DNA of 36,710 nt, from the NCBI GenBank assembly GCA_024275095.1, contig JAJRZV010000064.1:1-36710 (forward strand), in the 5' to 3' direction. A program made the translations under genes and the position numbers. The stretch comes from a bacterium (GTDB taxonomy: Bacteria > JAJRZV01). The first letter of the stretch is position 1. Every line of letters begins with the position of its first letter. Below the pieces are notes generated by a model. The model did no database searches. It saw nothing but the letters and a program-made list of their open reading frames with translations, and was not told the DNA's origin. Positions 28,140 to 36,445 of the stretch are shown here, in pieces.

Positions 28140-28682
28140 ATGTATGTGCCCCGTTATGTATTTCTCACGAAAGGTGTGGGTGTACACAGAGAAAAATTGG
28201 CATCGCTGGAACAGGCACTCCGCAATGCCGGGATTGCACCGTTCAACCTTGTCAAGGTTTCCAGCATTATACCGCCGGGATGTAAATTGATCACCCGTGA
28301 AGAGGGCCTCAAAAAGCTTCATAAAGGCCAGATACTTTTTTGCGTGTTATCAGAAAACAGTTCCAACGAGCCTTTTCGACGCATCGTTGCGAGCGTGGGC
28401 CTGGCGTTTCCCAAAAAGAGTGATGTTCACGGTTACCTTTCAGAGCACCATGCCTTTGGTCAAACAGCACAGGAAGCAGGCGAGTACGCGGAGGATTTGG
28501 CTGCTTACATGCTCGCCACCACCCTCGGCGTGGACTTTGACCCTGAGCGCAGTTACGATGAGAAGCGGGAGGTGTGGCGGTTCAGTGGATATGAAGTGGA
28601 TACCACTCATGTGGCAGTAGATGCCGTGTGTGAACAGGGTGGAGTCTGGACGACGGTTCTTGCTGCGGCAGTGCTTATTTGA
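28140..28682 (+). CDS. pdaD: Pyruvoyl-dependent arginine decarboxylase
   Basis: ALRNAGI..FNLVKVSSIIPP (Ser-Ser cleavage site), GYLSEHH, AEDLAA.MLATTLG, WTTV.AAAV. GGAGG RBS before ATG 28140 (alternative GTG 28134). Confidence 0.92.
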   Translation: MYVPRYVFLTKGVGVHREKLASLEQALRNAGIAPFNLVKVSSIIPPGCKLITREEGLKKLHKGQILFCVLSENSSNEPFRRIVASVGLAFPKKSDVHGYLSEHHAFGQTAQEAGEYAEDLAAYMLATTLGVDFDPERSYDEKREVWRFSGYEVDTTHVAVDAVCEQGGVWTTVLAAAVLI

Positions 28683-28697
28683 ACCAAAGGAGGATTT

Positions 28698-29582
28698 TTG
28701 AAAGATACGCGAGAGTCACAACCGTCGTTTCTGGGAGAGAACGCATCAGAAGAAAATGCCCGCGTCTTTATCATTCCTGTATGCTATGAACGAACGACAA
28801 CCTGGCGTCGGGGCACTGGGAAGGCTCCCCTGCGTATACTCCAATCATCCGTTGAGCTGGATGATATAGATGTCTGTACAGGAAAGGATGTTTCACCCTT
28901 TGTCCATACCTGCACAATTGTAAAACCAGCTGATATCGCAGCACTGACAACATCTCTTTCACAAATCATCGGGTCTGCAAATGGTTTGCCACTTGTGGTG
29001 GGTGGTGAACATTCTGTTACAGTCGCTGCTGCCGGTGCATTCTCGCATCTGGGCATTAAACCCGGGAGCGTGGTTGTTTTTGATGCTCACATGGACGCAT
29101 ACGCAGATTACGGGGGACGACGCGATTCGCACGCCAACGTTGTGTACAATCTTGTGAGGGAATGGCACGATGTACCGCTGTTCCTTGCAGGGGTCCGCAC
29201 CTGGAGTGCGGCAGAAAGAACGTTTGTTGAAGCTCACCCTCAAATTCACGTATGGTATAGTGACGGTCCATGCTCTTGGGCGGAAGCAGCAAGCAACAGC
29301 CTTCAGCTGTTGCACCCTCCCGTGTTCATTTCCATTGACCTTGACGTGCTGAACCCTTCGACCCTGCCGTGGGTGAGCAATCCAGTACCTGGAGGCCTGG
29401 ATGTATCGCAGTTGCTGGCATGGGTCAGGCGGATTTTCTACCGATTTCAGGTGTGCTATGTGGATGTGGTGGAATACAGTCCTCCTCTCGAGGAAAAGAC
29501 TTCTACAGACTTAACGGTTGCGTTTATCCTCAAGCAGATAATCGGGAGCTATCTTTCCTGTCCGAATTTTCAGAATCCGTAA
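28698..29582 (+). CDS. speB: Agmatinase (ureohydrolase/arginase family)
   Basis: GGEHS, DAHMD, SH, SIDLDVLNP, PVPGG, DVVEY. Directly downstream of pdaD, with an AAGGAGG RBS. Confidence 0.85.
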   Translation: MKDTRESQPSFLGENASEENARVFIIPVCYERTTTWRRGTGKAPLRILQSSVELDDIDVCTGKDVSPFVHTCTIVKPADIAALTTSLSQIIGSANGLPLVVGGEHSVTVAAAGAFSHLGIKPGSVVVFDAHMDAYADYGGRRDSHANVVYNLVREWHDVPLFLAGVRTWSAAERTFVEAHPQIHVWYSDGPCSWAEAASNSLQLLHPPVFISIDLDVLNPSTLPWVSNPVPGGLDVSQLLAWVRRIFYRFQVCYVDVVEYSPPLEEKTSTDLTVAFILKQIIGSYLSCPNFQNP

Positions 29583-30298
29583 TCTTCAGATGAACCTTTT
29601 TCCTTTTTTTCACTGCCTGTTTTTTCTACCTGCACCTCTCCTTTAGCAATGGCTTCGGCTCGCTCTTTAATGGATTTGACGACCAGTGCTGCTGAGGAGA
29701 GCTGTATGGCGAGTTCGATATGTGGCTCCGCTTTCAAAATGGATTTTACCAGGAATCCCATGGACCTCAGGTCCGAGTAAACAGTGTACATAGCCACCGT
29801 TTTTTTGCCGCCTTCCACCGGGTAAAGCCGCCAGGCACCGGTGACTTCCTTGAGGTCTCCCTTGACAAGGTACCACTCGTCGTAATACTTCGAGCGGTCA
29901 AGGAGGTGAAATAAACGGTAGTACACCCGCATGGAAATGATCGTGAACTTGAATTTGAGGTTGTAATCTACCACAGCCGTATTTTCCGTGCGTTCGACCA
30001 CTTTTACATCCTTTGTCTGGGGCATAAATTCCTCGTAGCGATCCCAGTCCGTAATGACATCCCAGACAATGTCGGGAGAAGTGTTTACCACGCCTGCAGC
30101 AGTGACAAAGAGGGGTTCGCTCGGGTCTTTTACGGGATGCACGATGGTCATCTCACCCTCGCCGATAACATGGGCAATTTCTTCCGCATTCAGCGCCTTG
30201 AACTGGGGTATTGATATGCGCGGTTTTTCTTCTTCACCGCCTGATGCGGGAAGAGCAAAGACCAGCAACAATGCTACTGCACACATTTCTTTTTTCAT
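29570..30298 (-). CDS. Exported SRPBCC/START-fold (polyketide cyclase/Coq10-like) protein
   Basis: Signal peptide MKKEMCAVALLLVFALPASG; VWDVITDWDRYEEFMP...GDLK...G.W.L pattern. GGGAGG RBS before ATG 30298. Confidence 0.8.
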   Translation of the reverse strand: MKKEMCAVALLLVFALPASGGEEEKPRISIPQFKALNAEEIAHVIGEGEMTIVHPVKDPSEPLFVTAAGVVNTSPDIVWDVITDWDRYEEFMPQTKDVKVVERTENTAVVDYNLKFKFTIISMRVYYRLFHLLDRSKYYDEWYLVKGDLKEVTGAWRLYPVEGGKKTVAMYTVYSDLRSMGFLVKSILKAEPHIELAIQLSSAALVVKSIKERAEAIAKGEVQVEKTGSEKKEKGSSEDYGF

Positions 30299-30331
30299 GA
30301 CCAGCCTCCCCACATGGTGAATAATGAATGC

Positions 30332-30360
30332 AATTTAGCAAACCATTACCGCCGGGTCAA
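30332..30360 (-). promoter_or_regulatory. Putative sigma70 promoter of the SRPBCC gene
   Basis: Minus strand TTGACC-17 nt-TAAATT, with an extended -10 TG. Confidence 0.5.
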
Positions 30361-30401
30361 AGTAAAAACTTTTCAAAAGAGATTCTTTTCAATACAATCC
30401 C

Positions 30402-31535
30402 ATGACCATGCATGTATGCGTGATTTTCGGCACCCGTCCCGAAGCCATAAAACTCGCGCCTGTGGTGAAGGCCCTGCGCCGTGCAAGGGTAAGGCAGAGC
30501 ATTGTAATTACTTCTCAGCATTCGGAAATGCTACAGCAGGTGCTGGATATTTTCCGCATTCGTCCTACGAAGGACCTGAAGGTGATGAAGCCAAACCAGA
30601 GTCTGGATTACATCACTGCTGCAGTGCTCAGGCGGGTCTATGCCACCCTTGAGGAGCTGAAACCTCACGTTGTGCTCGTGCAGGGTGATACCACCACTGC
30701 ATTTGCAACTGCACTGGCAGCATATTACCAAAAGATAAAGGTCGGCCATGTGGAAGCCGGGCTCAGGACGTACGACATTTACAGTCCCTTTCCCGAAGAA
30801 GTCAACAGGCGCCTTATCGCTCCCCTTGCTCAATTTAATTTTGCACCGACACGACGTGCGGTGGCCAATCTTCTTCGGGAAGGTGTTGCCGAAGAGTCGA
30901 TATTCATTACAGGCAATACTGTTGTGGATGCACTTCAGTATATCTCTTCACGGGTAAAGGGGCCTTCTAATCCTGTAGCAGCACGTGCAATGGAAGCCGA
31001 GCGGCTTGTACTTCTTACCACCCATCGACGCGAAAGTTTTGGCCCTGATATGGAGGATATTTTGCTGGCTGTCAAAACACTGGCACGCAGATTTCCAGAA
31101 GTCACGGTGCTGTTCCCCGTGCACCCTAATCCCAACGTGAAGAGGCCCGCACAACTGATTTTGAAAGGACTCCCGAACGTTCTTACGGTGAAGCCGCTGC
31201 CTTATACTGACCTGGTGTGTTTGATGCGCAGCGCCTATCTCATACTGACAGATTCAGGAGGCATTCAGGAGGAAGCCCCCACGTTCGGTAAACCCGTGCT
31301 GGTATTGAGGAAAAAAACAGAGCGTCCTGAAGGGATTGAGGCAGGTGTCGCCCGGCTGGTGGGAACGGACAAGAAACGCATTGTTGAGGAAGCGACACGC
31401 CTTCTCACGGATAAAGAGGCCTATGTACAGATGTCACGGCCGGCCAATCCATACGGTGATGGGAAGGCCTCCGAGAGAATCGTGGAAGTGATAAAGACGG
31501 GTCGCCTTTCTCAGCCTTTCCAGCCTTTTGAGTAA
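30402..31535 (+). CDS. wecB: UDP-N-acetylglucosamine 2-epimerase (non-hydrolysing)
   Basis: FGTRPEAIKLAP, VQGDTTT, HVEAGLRT, PFPEE.NR, TDSGGIQEEAP, TERPE, NPYGDG. The start is 30402 or 30408. Confidence 0.97.
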   Translation: MTMHVCVIFGTRPEAIKLAPVVKALRRARVRQSIVITSQHSEMLQQVLDIFRIRPTKDLKVMKPNQSLDYITAAVLRRVYATLEELKPHVVLVQGDTTTAFATALAAYYQKIKVGHVEAGLRTYDIYSPFPEEVNRRLIAPLAQFNFAPTRRAVANLLREGVAEESIFITGNTVVDALQYISSRVKGPSNPVAARAMEAERLVLLTTHRRESFGPDMEDILLAVKTLARRFPEVTVLFPVHPNPNVKRPAQLILKGLPNVLTVKPLPYTDLVCLMRSAYLILTDSGGIQEEAPTFGKPVLVLRKKTERPEGIEAGVARLVGTDKKRIVEEATRLLTDKEAYVQMSRPANPYGDGKASERIVEVIKTGRLSQPFQPFE

Positions 31536-32032
31536 GCTTTAAAAATTTCCAGTGCAATAGTATCAGGATGGAGGGTCGCATCCACTTTTATGTGGGCATG
31601 CTGACGATAAAGCTTTTCCCTTACAGCAAACTCGTCCTTCAGTGTGGTGGAAGAGAGAAGAAGGAAGCCACGGGGGCGCTGTCCCCCGATTCGCTTCCAC
31701 CATTCTTCAAGACTCAGATACAACCATACCACGAACCCCGAAGATTTTGCTCTTTCCATGGCATCGCGATGATATACCACGGAACCACCGGGTGCGAGCA
31801 CCCTTTTCTCTCCCAGACATTCTAAAAAGATTTGTCCTTCCTGTTTGGAGAACTCTTCCGGGCCTATCTCCTCCAGTATGGTGTCGAGATTCTTGCGAAA
31901 TCGTGCCTCCATGACCCTGTCTGTGTCAATGAACTGGAAGTCCAGTTTCTTTGCGAGGATCGAGCCCACCGTGCTTTTGCCAGCACCTGCAATCCCAATA
32001 AGAATAACAGGTATCTTTTTTGTAGCGCTCAT
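31511..32032 (-). CDS. Shikimate kinase family P-loop kinase (atypical; substrate uncertain)
   Basis: GIAGAGKSTVG P-loop, DTD, GGSVV, R..LY. Several canonical AroK residues differ (see findings). Confidence 0.8.
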   Translation of the reverse strand: MSATKKIPVILIGIAGAGKSTVGSILAKKLDFQFIDTDRVMEARFRKNLDTILEEIGPEEFSKQEGQIFLECLGEKRVLAPGGSVVYHRDAMERAKSSGFVVWLYLSLEEWWKRIGGQRPRGFLLLSSTTLKDEFAVREKLYRQHAHIKVDATLHPDTIALEIFKAYSKGWKG

Positions 32033-32089
32033 AACGTTAGAAGGTGACACATTTGTTGATTTTTCCTGCGTGTTTATCTCACAGCGTCA

Positions 32090-32118
32090 ACTATACCTGC
32101 AACAGAGCAAACAGGCAA
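32090..32118 (-). promoter_or_regulatory. Putative sigma70 promoter of the kinase gene
   Basis: Minus strand TTGCCT-17 nt-TATAGT. Confidence 0.5.
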
Positions 32119-32129
32119 AGAGACAGCTT

Positions 32130-32570
32130 TTATTTTACAGGCCTGAAGTATTTGATGTCGTGAATTGTGCCTTTTCTTTCTTCCCTCCACACTGCCTTCA
32201 CGCGCATGCCCACGTGCACATCCTTGAAATCAATCTCGTCAAGTCTGTGGTGAAGCTCTGTATCGCATCCGTCAAGAACGATAAGGGCATAACAGTATGG
32301 AGGCTTTGTGGGCTGGCCTATGAAAGGCATGTATACGATTGTAAAACTTTTGACAATTCCTTCGTCTTTTACTTCGACCCATCCTTGGATATCGGCAAAA
32401 CACCATCCGCAGTAGGGCCGCGGAGGAAGAAATGTACGGCCGCATTTTCCACAGCGGGTCGCCATTATACGGCCCTGACGCAGCCCTTCGTAGAACGTGC
32501 CGTACCATTTGCCGTACCTGTATTTATAGGGAAATGTAAACACTTCCTTAATTTCTGTGATGCGTTCCAC
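32130..32570 (-). CDS. DUF35 zinc-ribbon/OB-fold protein
   Basis: CGKC...PPRPYCGWC zinc ribbon and an OB fold ending VGMRVKAVW. AAGGAGG RBS before GTG 32570. Confidence 0.9.
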   Translation of the reverse strand: MERITEIKEVFTFPYKYRYGKWYGTFYEGLRQGRIMATRCGKCGRTFLPPRPYCGWCFADIQGWVEVKDEGIVKSFTIVYMPFIGQPTKPPYCYALIVLDGCDTELHHRLDEIDFKDVHVGMRVKAVWREERKGTIHDIKYFRPVK

Positions 32571-32571
32571 G

Positions 32572-32973
32572 TCAGAGCCTCCTTGCAATAATGTCAGTAA
32601 TTCGTCCTTCTGGAGCCTCTTTTAAGCTGAGCCTTACCCTTACCCCTTTTTCAAGTCCCTTGTCCGCCAGAAGCAAGGCAGAGCCGTAAAACCCCCCTGT
32701 CTTTACAAAGACCAGATCATGCGCTTTTCGTGGCAGCGGTACTACCAGTACAATCTCCCACACGTCGGGCACCTTCACCCACCTCCAGCGTGATGCTCCA
32801 CACTGTTCACACAAATCCAGCGGCGGAAAAAAGCGGGTTTGACACTTTTCGCATTCGACGCCCATTAATTGTCCGTCCTTGAGATACCCCAGGAAGGTAC
32901 CCACCACCTCACCTGTGGTAAATGTGTAAGGAATTCTCAGGTCGACCTGAAGGATGGAATCTTCGCGAATCAT
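32572..32973 (-). CDS. DUF35 zinc-ribbon/OB-fold protein (divergent copy)
   Basis: CEKC..RFFPP...CEQC and a shortened OB part (GVRVRL...EGRITDI). The ATG overlaps the upstream stop. Confidence 0.8.
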   Translation of the reverse strand: MIREDSILQVDLRIPYTFTTGEVVGTFLGYLKDGQLMGVECEKCQTRFFPPLDLCEQCGASRWRWVKVPDVWEIVLVVPLPRKAHDLVFVKTGGFYGSALLLADKGLEKGVRVRLSLKEAPEGRITDIIARRL

Positions 32974-34133
32974 CACCCTTCCTCCGCGGACATGAGCATG
33001 AGTGCGTGAAACTGCACCCACCCTCCCCATGCGTGGGCAAGGGCGGTTTTGACACCGTCTATTTGTATCGGTCCTGCCTTCTGCATCACCTGCTGTGCAG
33101 CTTCCACCTGCCGGATCATTCCTGAGGCACCGATGGGGTTGCTGGAGATCACTCCGCCGGACACGTTTACGGGCAATTTTCCGTCACGAAGGGTTATGCC
33201 CTCTTCAATAAGGTGCGGTGCCTTGCCATCCTCTGCAAACCCCATGGCCTCCAGCCATATGAGTTCCTGAGACGCGAATGCATCGTAAAGCTCCACCAGG
33301 TCAATGTCTTTCCACGGGTCAGTAATGCCTGCTGTAGAGTAGACCTTTTTTGCCGCCTGGCGCAGTGCTTTAACGGTGACAATATCCACTCCCGGGTACC
33401 AGGCACCCTCTGCGGTTGTAGAAACTCCTTTTATCCACGCCGGTCGCTTGCACAGGTTCTTTGCACGTCCGGCTTCTGCAAATACGATGGCGGCGGCCCC
33501 ATCTGAAGTGGGACAGCAGTGATGAATCCTGAGGGGACTGACCACGTAGGGGCTGTTTCTGATATCTTCCAGGCTCAATTTCTGGCGGAGGTGGGCCCGC
33601 GGGTTGTCCACGGCGTTATTTCTATTCTTGAAAGCCACGAGGTCGAAGTGTTCCTCTTTAACAGAAGGATGACGTGCCATGTATTCGGTGGCCTGAAGGG
33701 CGGCAAGGGCCGGTGCGCCTGCAGCAAAATCCCTGCCCCAGAAAGGATCATAGCATGCAGAAAGCGAATACTGAGGTTCTCCTTCGGAAAGTTTTTCAAA
33801 GGTTACGGCAAGAGCGATATCAGCAGCTCCTGAAGCAACAAGATAAAAGCCTCCAATACCCGTAGAGCCTCCTACTGTGCCACCTGTATGAATGCGGAAG
33901 AGAGGTTTGCCCTGTGCGAACACTGCAGATGCAAGCCACGCTTCAGGTTGATTGATGCCTTCAAAGGTCTCCGGCGCGTTACCAACAACAACGGCTTCCA
34001 CGTCCCTGGGCTCTATTCCCGCATCTTCAAGTGCACCGCGTGCAGCTTCGTTTACCAGTCCGAAAAGGTTTACGTCCGTGCGTCTGAGCACGTGTTTCGT
34101 CTGGTAAACACCGATGATGGCAACTTTCCTCAT
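32973..34133 (-). CDS. Thiolase-fold protein, Ltp3-like (SCP2-thiolase/aldolase type)
   Basis: VVVGNAPETFEG, GKPLFRIHTGGTVGGST, NPRAHL, CPTSDGA, ELYDAF, VNVSGGVISSNPIGASG, AHAWGG. No nucleophilic Cys at the usual thiolase position. ATGA overlap with the upstream gene. Confidence 0.85.
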   Translation of the reverse strand: MRKVAIIGVYQTKHVLRRTDVNLFGLVNEAARGALEDAGIEPRDVEAVVVGNAPETFEGINQPEAWLASAVFAQGKPLFRIHTGGTVGGSTGIGGFYLVASGAADIALAVTFEKLSEGEPQYSLSACYDPFWGRDFAAGAPALAALQATEYMARHPSVKEEHFDLVAFKNRNNAVDNPRAHLRQKLSLEDIRNSPYVVSPLRIHHCCPTSDGAAAIVFAEAGRAKNLCKRPAWIKGVSTTAEGAWYPGVDIVTVKALRQAAKKVYSTAGITDPWKDIDLVELYDAFASQELIWLEAMGFAEDGKAPHLIEEGITLRDGKLPVNVSGGVISSNPIGASGMIRQVEAAQQVMQKAGPIQIDGVKTALAHAWGGWVQFHALMLMSAEEG

Positions 34134-35239
34134 GAAACTTTCTCCAAAACGACAGCCGCGTTCAACTGCATGAGCGGTCCTGACCACCCGTGAGCGAGTG
34201 CACAGGTTCCATCTGGTGCGTTATCAAGGCGTTTTACCGCTTCGGCCACACGCAAAAGCCCGGCGGTACCGGTGGGATGGGCGCAGGTGTTTCCTCCTGA
34301 TGGGTTGACGGTCAGGGAGCCTTTAAGAAAGTCCTCTATCCCTTTTCCGGGAGACGAGAAGCCGGATATTTCCAGCAGAGGACCGATCATGTATGTACAG
34401 GGTTCTGAGAATTCCACGAAATCCACCTTTTCCCTGGAGCACTCAGCAGATGCCAGTGCTTTTTCGCAGGCCTTCTGGAATGAACCGAGAATATTTTGCA
34501 GGCGGTGTCCGAGGTAATGAGTGTGGGTGGAAGCACCGAAGCCCTTTATGCTTGCAACAGGGCGCAACCCGTGTTCTTCCGCAAATTCAGCAGTACATAC
34601 AACGAGCGCGACTCCACCGTCACTGTCAGGGGGAAGATCCATTTGCCTGAGGAAGCCCGCCACAGCGGGACTCCTTTCGTATTCCTCGTAAGAGGGAACT
34701 TTTTTCTCATGGGCGGTGGCGTTTCCTGCTCCTCTTTCCCGCAGTGCCTTTAAAAGCTGGTAGCCGGTCTCGGGTGTCCGCCAGCTTTTGTCCACCAGTG
34801 CCTCAGCAAGCACCGCGGCTCCAATGTGATCGTCCAGTTCGAGGGGACGCTGGTAGAAGGGATCGAACGCGAGGTTGTTGAAAAGCCGGGGTTCGCTTTC
34901 GGAACTCATGGCATATCCCGCCACAAGTACACATCGGGCAAGCCCGGTTCTTATCCTCAGTGTCGCGTAAAAAAGAGAGTATATTCCGTCATCCGAGACC
35001 TTGCTTTCTTCCTTCAGGTTGCCTCCAAGGCCGTCCACCACGTGAAGGGAAGATATGCCCTTACCGTCAAGCCAGTCGTAGTTTGTATGGATAAGAGCGT
35101 CGATTTTTTCCTGTTGAAGCCCGGCATGCTGAAGCGCGCCCTTTGCAATTTCGTATATGAGGTCGTGCACGGTGTCGTGCCTGACACCATGGGGTGAGAT
35201 GTAGTACCCGGCAATGTAAACAGGAGTGTCCACGGCCAT
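34130..35239 (-). CDS. Thiolase-fold protein, Ltp4-like
   Basis: DWLDG..IS, ESKV.DDG, FDP.Y.RPL, SDGG.A, VNPSGG...AHP...AGL.R, LAHG.SGPLMQ.N. The start is ATG 35239 or GTG 35233. Confidence 0.82.
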   Translation of the reverse strand: MAVDTPVYIAGYYISPHGVRHDTVHDLIYEIAKGALQHAGLQQEKIDALIHTNYDWLDGKGISSLHVVDGLGGNLKEESKVSDDGIYSLFYATLRIRTGLARCVLVAGYAMSSESEPRLFNNLAFDPFYQRPLELDDHIGAAVLAEALVDKSWRTPETGYQLLKALRERGAGNATAHEKKVPSYEEYERSPAVAGFLRQMDLPPDSDGGVALVVCTAEFAEEHGLRPVASIKGFGASTHTHYLGHRLQNILGSFQKACEKALASAECSREKVDFVEFSEPCTYMIGPLLEISGFSSPGKGIEDFLKGSLTVNPSGGNTCAHPTGTAGLLRVAEAVKRLDNAPDGTCALAHGWSGPLMQLNAAVVLEKVS

Positions 35240-35241
35240 AA

Positions 35242-35270
35242 ATGGTATGGTCTGAAAATGTTTACGTCAA
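35242..35270 (-). promoter_or_regulatory. Putative sigma70 promoter of the thiolase-fold/DUF35 operon
   Basis: Minus strand TTGACG-17 nt-TACCAT. Confidence 0.55.
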
Positions 35271-35499
35271 GTAAAGCCCTCAAGGGGTAATGTATTATTT
35301 TATGTGTCATGAGATAAAGAGGGATGAGCCCTCATGGAAGAAATAACGGTGGTAGATACTTGCCGCGCGGGTCTCTTCGGCAATAGCGGTGCCCGAAATG
35401 ATTGTTTTCCCCTCGCCATGAGAGAGAACAATGTTGAAGGTAATTTCTTACATTTCGAGGTGGACTCAGAATGTTGACATCCCCTTATCCCTTTCAGGG

Positions 35500-36342
35500 T
35501 CAAGACTTTTGACACACCTGGGGGTTGTCCAGGTTGTTGAAGTTTTTGCCCAAGATGCACCCACTCACCGGTGCGTATCGAATGAGCCCCTGTTCTCCCT
35601 GTTGAAGGGCCTGTTTTAACTCGAGAGTGGATCTCGCAATACGCTGATAATCCGGAATGAATGTGAGGTCTCCACCCAGTTTCAAATATGTCTCTGTAGG
35701 AGCAATTAACAGGATTTTTTGTTTCCGGCAGTACCGGGCAAGGTAGGAATATGACTCTGGTGTGAGGACGAGCGGGTCAAGAATTGTGAAAAGTATCTCC
35801 ACCTGTTCTGCCACCTGCTTGAATCGCACGAAGATACCTGAAGGATTGAGTCCAAGAATGGGTATTACGTCGAACCCGTTGGTTTCCATGACCATTCGGA
35901 AACGGCGCATGTATTCGTCGGAAATTCCGTAAGAATACGGCAGGGCCACGCGCTTGCGTGAGGTTAGCTTTTTGATGATTTTTACCGCATCTTCTGGCGC
36001 GGGATAGGTAACCACAGCATTCACTGTTTCGGAGTTCTGGAAAAGATAAGGTGATAGCGAGTACATGAGCACGAGCGGTGAAGAAAAGGCATCTCCAATG
36101 ATGGACTTGAGCCTTCCGTATCCCACGACAATGGAATGGTCCTGGAGTTTTGACGTTTTTTTTGCAATTTCCACCTTGCACTGGCATGCCTTTTCCAATG
36201 CATTTACAAAGGGCTCGCACAGTTTCGGAGAATCGGCGTTGAAAACGGTCAACTTTTCTGTAATACCCGGGGCAGCGGATACCAGAAATGCCAGCACGGT
36301 TGCCGTGGATAAAAATTTATTTTTGGAGCCGCCTTTTCTCAT
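35500..36342 (-). CDS. Exported ABC-transporter substrate-binding-like protein (ABC_sub_bind type)
   Basis: Signal-peptide-like N-terminus. KRVALPYS...VEILFTILDPLVL...YLKLGG...PDY pattern resembles the ABC_sub_bind family. Confidence 0.6.
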   Translation of the reverse strand: MRKGGSKNKFLSTATVLAFLVSAAPGITEKLTVFNADSPKLCEPFVNALEKACQCKVEIAKKTSKLQDHSIVVGYGRLKSIIGDAFSSPLVLMYSLSPYLFQNSETVNAVVTYPAPEDAVKIIKKLTSRKRVALPYSYGISDEYMRRFRMVMETNGFDVIPILGLNPSGIFVRFKQVAEQVEILFTILDPLVLTPESYSYLARYCRKQKILLIAPTETYLKLGGDLTFIPDYQRIARSTLELKQALQQGEQGLIRYAPVSGCILGKNFNNLDNPQVCQKS

Positions 36343-36445
36343 CCCGGCAGTTGCACCTTATAAATTTTGATTGGCACCCCCCTTTTATTTATTATCTATG
36401 GTGACAGGATTTTTCAAGAAAGTCAATGTGTTTTACGAACAATAA

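Noticed and set aside
31845..32591. 248-aa plus-strand ORF
   Set aside because: Spans two recognisable minus-strand genes and has no family signature.
35334..35477. 47-codon plus-strand ORF (MEEITVVDTC...)
   Set aside because: No recognisable similarity and only a weak RBS; coding status cannot be supported.
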